Assembly: GCF_009914755.1 (NCBI RefSeq)
Contig: NC_060940.1
Source: the human T2T-CHM13v2.0 reference genome, Homo sapiens
Length of the DNA: 64,000 nt
Reading direction: 5' to 3' (one strand)
Under the pieces are notes generated by a model, which saw only the letters and a program-made list of their open reading frames with translations, did not search any database and was not told the DNA's origin. Position numbers and translations under genes: made by a program. Positions 50,091 to 64,000 of this stretch are shown piece after piece (within the stretch, counting starts at the first letter, position 1; each line of letters begins with the position of its first letter).

Positions 50091-51139
50091 TCCATTATAT
50101 TAATGAGAAACAGATTATGCAACCTAGATGATGCGGGGCTTTAAACCGGGGCCTCTGGTTCTGAAGCCCTGTGCTTGCCACGACACCCACAATGCCGCCC
50201 TTGGGTCCTGCCCAGTGGACTGTATGTGCCACAATAACTAGAAGAGAGGGTTTTAAATGTTCTCACCACCAAGAGACAATACGTTTGAGGTCGAGGACAT
50301 GTTAAACACTCTGACTTGATCACTATGCAATGTATATGTCCATCCATGCTGCACACCGCACCCCATCAGTAGGAATAATTACTGTGTGTCGATTATGAAT
50401 AAAAAAATGTTTTAAAGGAGCGGTAGGTTTGCCTCTAAACACCATCAGTCAGTTTCACGGTGTTGGTAAGATCAGCTCAGGACTGAGACCTAAGGGAAAT
50501 TGCCCCTGTGGCTCTTCTTTAAGAGGGGGACACAGTAAATACACCATGACAATAGTCTCAACAACCCTCCACGTTATGCAAAACAGGGCAGTCATTTTCA
50601 ACCTTGGGACACATCTGTGACGAGCTTATTAAAAATCCAGATGTCCAGCCCCACCCCGGACCTGTTAAGTCACAATCTCTCAGTCATTACAATGGCAAGT
50701 TTCCTTCCACCACTCTAGGCCAGCAGTGACATAATTCAAAAGCGCAAGTCATTGAAAGCAGTTCTGCGAATATGTAGCTTTTGATGATCAGGAGTAAATT
50801 TAGAGTACCCAGAATATTGCATGTTCTGTCTGCCCATAGTCAGGCTTCTGATAAGAATTTCACAGCAGAAAACTCTGAGGTTGTAGTCTCTAGTAGGACA
50901 GATGTGTCGCCAATGAAGAGTGATCTGCTCTTACCACCATCTAAACCGGGATGCAACAACGTTCTCAATTGAAGATCAGGGAGCCAGTCAGGAAATGTAC
51001 CTGAGGTATGCTGAGGAAGACCGTGCAGGTGGGGCCGAATTGTTGGACTGAAAAGCTCTGGGTTTCTTTCAGCACTCAAGTGTAACTCTGGGAATGGCTT
51101 TCAACCTGTTGTTTTGTTTTCATACTAAATTTTAACTAA

Positions 51140-51406
<267 letters not shown>

Positions 51407-51562
51407 TGATCCACCCACCTCAGCCTCTTAAAGTGCTGGGATTCCAGGTGTGAGCCACCGCGACCGACCTAAATCCTTTATTTAATCATAACTTAGGTGG
51501 ATGAACTATTTCTTAATAGTTTCTGTTGTTCCTTTCTGTGGAGTTGTTGTTAGGAGCTCTAG

Positions 51563-51919
<357 letters not shown>

Positions 51920-52193
51920 TAAAGGGCTGGGATTACAGGTGTGAGCCACTGTGCCCAGCCAGGGCAAACTTTTTTTTAGCAGGAATTATACCTCACCAGA
52001 TCCATCATTTTTTTCTTGACAAGCAGACTGACTTTCCTGTCTTGTCCTGGCTTTCTAACCGCAGTGCCCCGTGGCCCCTGAGCAGCTCCTGTCTTGGTGT
52101 CTTCCTTTAATGAAGGTTGTCTGTGTGATGCAATAGCCATCTATATGATGGTGCCCAGTATGGAGATCTGTACCCTGTCTGGTTACTACATAG

Positions 52194-52544
<351 letters not shown>

Positions 52545-54885
52545 TGAACTCCTGACCTCAAGTGATCCGCCCGCTTCAGCCTCCCAAAGTACTGGGATTA
52601 CAAGAGTGAGCCACTGCGCCAGGCCTCAAACATCAATGTTGATACCTGTTTTCAAAGTACTGGAAGAAGGTAGGGGTAAGGACAAGGAACCGGGAGGAAG
52701 GCTGGCTGGGAAGCTATCTTAGGTTTTAAGAGCTGTGTTGACCAGAGACTCCATCCACTTTCTGCCCTGAGTATCTTATTGGCAGGTTTTCTTATAGTCA
52801 GTGGAAATTTTCGGTCTTAGTTACAGCTGCTTGCATAATTTCTTTCATTGTTTATATATTTTCTAGATTATATTTTCTTCCCCTCCCCACTAGTTGCTGT
52901 TGGTTCTTATTTTATTCTAATCTTTCTTCCCAAAACACCCCACCCCCAACCAAATCTTCCCTTCTTAACATAAATGATGAGCAACGAGGATGGGTGAGAA
53001 TGAGGAATTGGATTGCAAACTGTAGAGTATGTGCCGCCTTCTGGTTTGATGTGGGTGCCTAAGGTATATGGCCATATTCCATATCCTGTAAGGAAATCCA
53101 GAAATCTAGCCCAGCCTTGTGTATGGTGGGATTCATGGAGAAATGAAAGCCATGAGGATTCAGGGGCAGGAAGAGCAGAAGTAAATGTACATTTTTTTAT
53201 TCCTAGAGATTCTTTTGTTCCTTGTGTGTGAAAGCAGTGGAGGGGACAGGCAGGCACTTAAAGAACCTCTTATCAAGCAACATTTATATTGTAAAACATG
53301 GCTTAGAGGATTTTGTGTTATTTTTAGTCCAGAGGTTTGTTTTTAATGATTTGCCAGAAATTTTTTAAGGAAAGGAAAGGTTCCAAGTTACTCTATAGAC
53401 TATACTGTACAAAGATTTCTAATTTTAAATTTAGAATAAGATGACAAAGCAAACCGTTTCCTTCTTGGATGCTTTCTCGGAAGGCAGTCAGGTGGTGCTA
53501 GAGTAGCTAGACAGACAGTTTTTCCTAGTTTTTGCTACAGTTCTTACAATCGTTTCTTTTCACCCTCTACTCTTCAACTGTGTCTTACTTTTCCTCTTGT
53601 ATATTTTCTTTCTGTCTTGTTACTGGATTGTTTCCTCTCATAGGTTCTCTTTTCAGTTATGCGCACAAAAGATACAGTACAAAAAGTCCAGTGCATTTTA
53701 TTCTTGAAAGTATATAGAACTTCAGAATGAAAACACCACTTTCTCACTGCACTTCCATTTTATCGTGCCATTGCCATTTCTCATCTGAGCCATCCTACCC
53801 TTGAGCTTATTCTCTGAGGACAGAAATGGGAAGAAGGCCCCAGAAGCAGTGGGTGGGGGTGGGAGGAGGCTGCTGTGCTGGTGAGTGGTGGGGTGTTGGC
53901 TCTCAGAAAACAGGAGCATGGACAGTGTCAGCTTGTTGCCATGACAGTGAGGTTATTAACATCCACTTAGACTGTCTTCAGTGGTCTCTTACCCAGGCAT
54001 GATAGTTTTGGCTTAGATGGCTACCTGAAGAGATTCAGTATAATGCTACCAGTTTTTATTGAACATTTATTCTGTTCAAAACATTCCCAAAGGCAACAGA
54101 AGATACAAATAAATCTCTGCCCATGAAAAGGTGTGGGGGGCATTAGAAGGCGTTCTCTTCGGTGTAATGAAGTAATGAGAGAAGAAAAAGTAGTTTGAAG
54201 CTATGGAGTAAGGGACTTTGAGTATCCCAGGCTCAAAAAGTTGGGACTTGAACAGTACGGGGGTGCTGCTGAAAACGTTTGAGGGAGGTAATGACATGAT
54301 CGAAGCTATACTTGAGAAAGGTGAATCTGATAAAGTATGAGTGAAAAAGAGACTGAAGGTCTAGAAATTAGATTGAGGCTAATGACAAAATCCACATAAA
54401 TAGGAGGACTTGAACGAAGGGGCACTTAGAAGAGGACAGGAGATAGTAAAAGGCATTCAATGATGAGAGCACACACTACAGGGGAGCATGAGGGAGGTTG
54501 GAAAAGATAATGAAAGGATTACCGAGCTTCACTGACGATGTGTTTGAAATGAGCAGGAATCTTGTAGTGATCCTAATCCGTGGTTTTCTGGAGCATTTCA
54601 CAGCCTAGGAACATACAAGGGGGGCATCTCCCTGGAATGTAAATTGACTAAGAGGAATTCAATAATGGTCAAATGAATGCAGAATTTTAGAGTCTTGCTT
54701 AGTATTCTCACCACATTTCGTTTAGTCTACTCATACTCTTTTTCTCTTACTGCTGACACTAGATGGAAAAACTCTTAATTAAAAGTATTTCACAAAATGT
54801 GCTCGTTTTCAGTCATTCCGTTTCCACTCCAGCCTGTTGTGTTGTTTTTTTGAAATAATAATTTAAAGTAATTTTCCTTTTGCAG

Positions 54886-55011
54886 GATGGCATAGTCAAT
54901 CCAACAATAAGAAAAGATTTGAAAACTGGACCGAAATTCTACTGCTGTCCAATTGAAGGCTGCCCCAGAGGCCCTGAGAGACCGTTTTCTCAGTTTTCTC
55001 TCGTAAAACAG
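54886..55011 (+). CDS. ATMIN: ATMIN exon 2 (DGIVNPTIRKDLKTGPKFYCCPIEGCPRGPERPFSQFSLVKQ)
   Basis: ttttgcag| ... CAG|gtactc, 126 nt; first half of zinc finger 2. Confidence 0.96.
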
Positions 55012-55810
55012 GTACTCTCTACTCTGAGGATGAGATACAGATGCTAAAAACCTATTGTGCATTCTGATTACTTAGCAGACATAACTACAGAATTGAGTAG
55101 ACAGCTGCTTGTGAGGGGAGATGCCTGCGTGTCTCCCAGTTGGTATAAACCTGAGTATGCTGTTACACAAGTGGAGGGAAAAGCGGCACGGTCTGGAGGG
55201 AATATGTCTAGAAGTGAGTTAAAATACAGAGAGAGAGAGTAAACCAGTTCAGCAAAGAATGAGAAAATGTTTGCTCGCAGATCTCCTGTGTGAGTCTGCA
55301 TACCTCCAAGGGCCCAGCGCAAAGGCACAAAGGAACTGTTCTCCCAGGGGAATAAGAACCTGCAGAATCCAGGAAAAGAAGAGTTTTGGAAGCCGCAATC
55401 TTAAGAGGAGGGAGGGCCCCAGTGACTGGGACAAGAGGTGATTCAGAACTGGAAGAGATTGGCATCTGAAATGTTCCCCTGAGGGTCTGCTGGAGGGCGT
55501 CCTGAGAAGAGCATTGTAAAGACATTTTTTTCCTGCCTGCAGCACTTACAGATCAGAGTGTAAATGCTGGAGACCATAGATGTTTCCAAAACAATCTCCT
55601 CACTTTTCACAAAGCAAAAGCAACAAGAAGAGGCATATATATAATTAACTGCGATGTTCCTGCTTTTACATTCTTTTGACTTGGACTGCTGTATTTTATG
55701 TTATTTATATTAATAGTGTAAAATCATTATTAATTTGGGTGTATGATGGTTTCTGAAATGTTTTGACCAGTTGCTGTTTTTCACCTTAGTCCCTTCTGCG
55801 TTCCTCCTAG

Positions 55811-56010
55811 CACTTTATGAAAATGCATGCTGAGAAGAAGCACAAATGTAGTAAGTGCAGCAATTCGTACGGTACAGAATGGGACCTGAAAAGACATGCA
55901 GAGGACTGTGGCAAGACCTTCCGGTGCACATGCGGCTGTCCCTACGCCAGTAGAACAGCACTGCAGTCTCACATCTACCGAACTGGGCACGAGATACCTG
56001 CAGAACACAG
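55811..56010 (+). CDS. ATMIN: ATMIN exon 3 (HFMKMHAEKKHKCSKC...CTCG...HIYRTGH), zinc fingers 2-4
   Basis: cctag| ... CAG|gtgaag, 200 nt; Cys/His finger patterns. Confidence 0.97.
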
Positions 56011-56690
56011 GTGAAGGGAAAGAAATGATGGCACAGAAGTCAGTAGCTATGGGAAGCATTTCAGATGAAACATCCTGGAGAGCCAGTGGTGTGGGGAGGA
56101 AAAAGGAATCTTAGAAAATGTGTGACGTGGAAGAAGGAAGCTTTTGAAAATGGAAGCAGGTCTTGCAAATGACACATGTCTGGGCCTGAAATCTTGACCC
56201 AATTGTTCCCCCTATTTTTTTCTGCCAGCCCTCTTTGAGAGTCCCTTGTTATTTCCATTTGAAAATCTCAGCTTCCAGAATTTTCTATCAGAGGGAACCA
56301 AACTGCCAACAAATAAGTTTTATCATGAAACTGTACTTCATTTAAAGGTCAAATTTTCATTTAGTGTGATAGCTTCCTGCCTTAGAAATGATAAAACTTG
56401 CATTATGTAAGTCTTTTAGCTTCTTTTGGCTTAAAGATCTGAGTTGAGTTCTAGTACTTAGAGCTTAACAAAAGGTATGTTTCCTCCTTCTCTGTTTGCA
56501 TGTTTCTCAAAGTTCACCTGCTATAATAGGACCAACTCCCAGAGTTGCGAAAGAATGGATTTATCTTGTCTGGGTTGAACATGACCTCTGCTATAGATGG
56601 GGGAAATGGCATTTGTAAGTGAGGATAGAGTGTCATGGTCGAAGAAAGTTGTATTTTAAGGTTTTCTTTTTGCTCTGTCATTGTTTTCAG

Positions 56691-58500
56691 GGACCCACCT
56701 AGTAAGAAAAGGAAAATGGAAAACTGTGCACAAAACCAGAAGTTATCCAACAAGACCATTGAATCATTGAACAACCAACCAATCCCTAGACCAGACACTC
56801 AAGAACTAGAAGCTTCAGAAATAAAGCTAGAACCATCTTTTGAAGACTCTTGTGGCTCTAACACTGACAAGCAGACTCTTACAACACCACCGAGATATCC
56901 TCAGAAGTTGCTTTTACCAAAGCCCAAAGTGGCTTTGGTTAAACTACCCGTGATGCAGTTTTCTGTCATGCCTGTCTTTGTGCCTACAGCCGACTCCTCA
57001 GCCCAGCCTGTGGTGTTAGGTGTTGATCAGGGCTCTGCCACAGGGGCTGTGCACTTAATGCCCTTGTCAGTAGGAACCCTGATCCTCGGCCTAGATTCAG
57101 AGGCTTGCTCTCTTAAGGAGAGCCTACCTCTTTTCAAAATTGCTAATCCTATTGCTGGTGAGCCAATAAGTACTGGTGTTCAAGTGAACTTTGGTAAAAG
57201 TCCATCTAATCCTTTACAAGAACTAGGGAACACGTGTCAAAAGAATAGCATTTCTTCAATCAACGTGCAGACAGATCTGTCTTATGCCTCACAAAACTTT
57301 ATACCTTCTGCACAGTGGGCCACTGCTGATTCCTCTGTGTCGTCTTGTTCTCAAACTGATTTGTCGTTTGATTCTCAAGTGTCTCTTCCCATTAGTGTTC
57401 ACACTCAGACATTTTTGCCCAGCTCTAAGGTAACTTCATCTATAGCTGCTCAGACTGATGCATTTATGGACACCTGTTTCCAGTCAGGTGGGGTCTCCAG
57501 AGAAACTCAAACCAGTGGGATAGAAAGTCCAACGGATGACCATGTACAGATGGACCAAGCTGGAATGTGCGGAGACATTTTTGAGAGTGTTCATTCATCA
57601 TATAATGTTGCTACAGGTAACATTATAAGCAACAGTTTAGTAGCAGAGACAGTAACTCATAGTTTGTTACCTCAGAATGAGCCTAAGACTTTAAATCAAG
57701 ATATTGAGAAATCTGCACCAATTATAAATTTCAGTGCACAGAATAGTATGCTTCCTTCACAGAACATGACAGATAATCAGACCCAAACCATAGATTTATT
57801 AAGTGATTTGGAAAACATCTTGTCAAGTAATCTGCCTGCCCAGACATTGGATCATCGTAGTCTTTTGTCTGACACAAATCCTGGACCTGACACCCAGCTC
57901 CCATCTGGCCCAGCCCAGAACCCCGGAATCGATTTTGATATCGAAGAGTTCTTTTCGGCCTCAAATATCCAGACTCAAACTGAAGAGAGTGAACTTAGCA
58001 CCATGACCACCGAGCCAGTCTTGGAGTCACTGGACATAGAGACTCAAACGGACTTCTTACTCGCAGATACCTCTGCTCAGTCCTATGGGTGTAGGGGAAA
58101 TTCTAACTTCTTAGGCCTTGAGATGTTTGACACACAGACACAGACAGACTTAAACTTTTTCTTAGACAGTAGCCCTCATCTGCCTCTGGGAAGTATTCTG
58201 AAACACTCCAGCTTTTCCGTGAGTACTGATTCATCTGACACAGAGACCCAAACTGAAGGAGTCTCCACTGCTAAAAATATACCTGCTCTAGAAAGCAAAG
58301 TTCAGTTGAACAGTACAGAAACACAGACCATGAGTTCTGGGTTTGAAACCCTGGGGAGCTTGTTCTTCACCAGCAACGAAACTCAGACAGCAATGGATGA
58401 CTTTCTTCTGGCTGATCTGGCCTGGAACACGATGGAGTCTCAGTTCAGCTCTGTAGAAACCCAGACTTCTGCGGAACCACACACAGTCTCCAACTTCTAA
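56691..58500 (+). CDS. ATMIN: ATMIN exon 4: basic NLS-like KKRK and SQ/TQ-rich disordered region with tandem TQT (DYNLL1/LC8-binding) motifs; total CDS 2472 nt = 823 aa
   Basis: ttttcag| at 56690; long ORF to TAA at 58498-58500; ten TQT sites plus VQT/SQT/AQT variants. Confidence 0.98.
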
Positions 58501-59142
58501 AACTAACGGTGGAGTCCATGTGTGAAATGGCATCTACCATTTCCTCTGGATTAAAACTACGGACTGGGGACAACAGTATTAATTCGATTGAATGTGGCTG
58601 ATGATGCAGTTGCTTAGCTTCTTTGTGTTTCTTTGCCTTTTGTACTTGTAAACAGAAATTTGCGTATAAATGTGAGTGTATTATAAAGTTTGAGATGTTG
58701 ATCTAAATTGTTTTTGTGTTGCCTACATTTGCCTTTTCACAGCTAGTCTTTTCATGTTAAAAAAAAAATGTATTTCATATCTATAAAACCTATATAGCCA
58801 TTTAGCTGAAGCCCAGCTTACCAGGTTCAAGGGTACAAACTTCTCAAATCTTCAAAACATTTTAGTCAAAGTGTAATATACTTAAACTGCACCTAAAATA
58901 TCTTTGGCACTGCTTGTTAGAAATTCCTGATTCCTGTTACTAATCACTAAAGAAACCGGATGCTGCCACCGTAGGATTTAAGCAGTAGTGCTTCCATGCT
59001 CTTAAGACTCCTGCTGCCTGGACCTTCGTCAGCTTTGACACCTCTTTTCTGATTTAAAGACACCAAGGAAAACTACAACTGTCTTTAGCTTTGAAGCAGT
59101 TTTCATGTAATCATTGCCACCTCTTCGCTACATGAACTACTA

Positions 59143-59520
<378 letters not shown>

Positions 59521-60190
59521 GTCGCCAGCAACAAGCACGTAGTGTAGTGTTCCTGCTAAATGAGCATAGGTTATCCAAACCTTGGGAACAGGGAGTTATG
59601 GAAACGTGCCTATGACTTCATCTTGGGGTGTGTCCTATGAAGATCCTTTCTGGTCTCCACAGTAGGCCAGAGTTGGGGGCTCTGGAGCTGTTTCCCCAAG
59701 TGCATCCACAAGCTGGATCTGAGTTTTGTCACTCTAAAATTAAACAAGAAAAAAAGTGGGAAAAGGGCATCCCCCATTAGGTTTCAATACTTTGCACTTC
59801 TACTAAGCTTGATAGGGCAGGAGTGCAATCTACAATTATTTTAAAGTGAATTTCCTTCCATTCACCATTCTTTATCTTTTCTTTGAATAAGAAAAAGTAT
59901 CTAGCAAGGATATTACTTGTGCCTTGAGGCTAGCAATTATAGGATAGATTCATCTAAAATATGGTATTCTGCATTTTGGTTTTTTTTCTTAAGTGAATAA
60001 TACCAGTCTTCAAAGAAAACAAGGTGAAGACCTATTGCTTCAATAATCAAGAATGCTTTGTGTGTTTTGAGGTAGGAGCATGATCAAGTATGCTTTGGGG
60101 ATTTTCTGTATTTAGGAGATCCTGGATTCTTAATTGTTGGCTAAGTTCCAGTCAAGTAGGAATCAGTGCAGCCTGTAAGTTCTCCACATT

Positions 60191-60191
<1 letters not shown>

Positions 60192-60223
<32 letters not shown>
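60192..60223. repeat. (AC)16 microsatellite
   Basis: Read directly. Confidence 0.97.
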
Positions 60224-60225
<2 letters not shown>

Positions 60226-60939
60226 CATGCTCCTTTCTGTGGCACATGCCTGTATTACTGAAAGCTAAATCCTCAAAACCTAGTAAGGGGACCAATGATT
60301 CATTAAAGTAAATTGATGGTTTTGCTACTAATTCCTATCCCATACATTTGACACAAAAGAAGTGTTGGTAATGGATAAATAACATATCCCGGGCAGATGA
60401 GCTCAACCTAGTAGGTAAGAGTTTGGTTTGGTCACAGTTGCCTATGAGTGTGGGTTTCAAAAGAAACATAAAGCCTTAACTTAGAATTTCATTATGTTTT
60501 AGAATCATCACTGCCTTAATATTCAAGCATCTATTTAAGTCCTAATAAAGGAGAAATGCATGTTTATGGCTTTTTTGTAAATATAAATGCAGTGATCTAT
60601 GGCTTAAAAAATTTGTTTCTGTGACAATGTTTGTAAATCTAGCCAATAGAGTCATTTACAGAAGAAAAATGAGCATGTAATAATACAAGAACTGTTTCCC
60701 CCTCAAAACCTGAACCTGAATTATTTGTAAAAACTGAAATTTAATGATTAAAGAGAAGCCAGAATTGTACCCTTTTTTGTGAATTCTTGAACGTACTCAT
60801 AAATATGACTTATTGTATTGCCTTAAGTTTTCACTCATTGTCTTTTGAAAGCCATATGATAAAATGATTTTATTTAATAATACCCAGTTATTTTCATTGT
60901 TTTTTCTTTTGTTCATGAAAATATGCTAACAGACAATTT

Positions 60940-64000
<3,061 letters not shown>

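Noticed and set aside
49172-50131. 229-aa (-), 261-aa (+) and extended 284-aa (+) ORFs over ATMIN exon 1
   Set aside because: GC-rich shadow frames. Only 49401-49736 has a Kozak AUG and a splice donor; the rest of the 284-aa ORF is 5' flank or intron.
56635-56690. N-terminal MVEESCILRFSFCSVIVF of the 621-aa ORF
   Set aside because: It is the intron 3 polypyrimidine tract and acceptor; the exon starts at 56691.

Overview
This is human (or near-identical great-ape) genomic DNA, recognisable from its proteins as the 16q23.2 CMC2-CENPN-ATMIN locus. It contains the 5' part of CMC2 (- strand, remaining exons off the left edge) head-to-head with CENPN across a CpG-island bidirectional promoter. CENPN is complete: 10 coding exons rebuilt by hand give 339 aa, and two alternative last exons give 204 aa and 353 aa. 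ATMIN/ASCIZ is also complete (4 exons, 823 aa). The rest is largely Alu, L1, L2, MIR, LTR and DNA-transposon sequence. I found no CRISPR, rRNA, tRNA or new protein family, and I cannot support a wholly new biological system here. The best second-look items are: (1) a nested, internally deleted two-LTR provirus that appears to supply CENPN with a distal poly(A) signal and a coding last exon; (2) an inverted-Alu 3'UTR; (3) a 56-nt spacing that should make two CENPN exons mutually exclusive; (4) a perfect 17-bp stem built from synonymous Ala codons just after the ATMIN AUG; (5) candidate antisense and poison exons; (6) an unexplained ~84-bp direct repeat. Exon coordinates were read from GT-AG sites and frame-checked. 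Repeat boundaries and family names come from recalled consensus sequences and are approximate.
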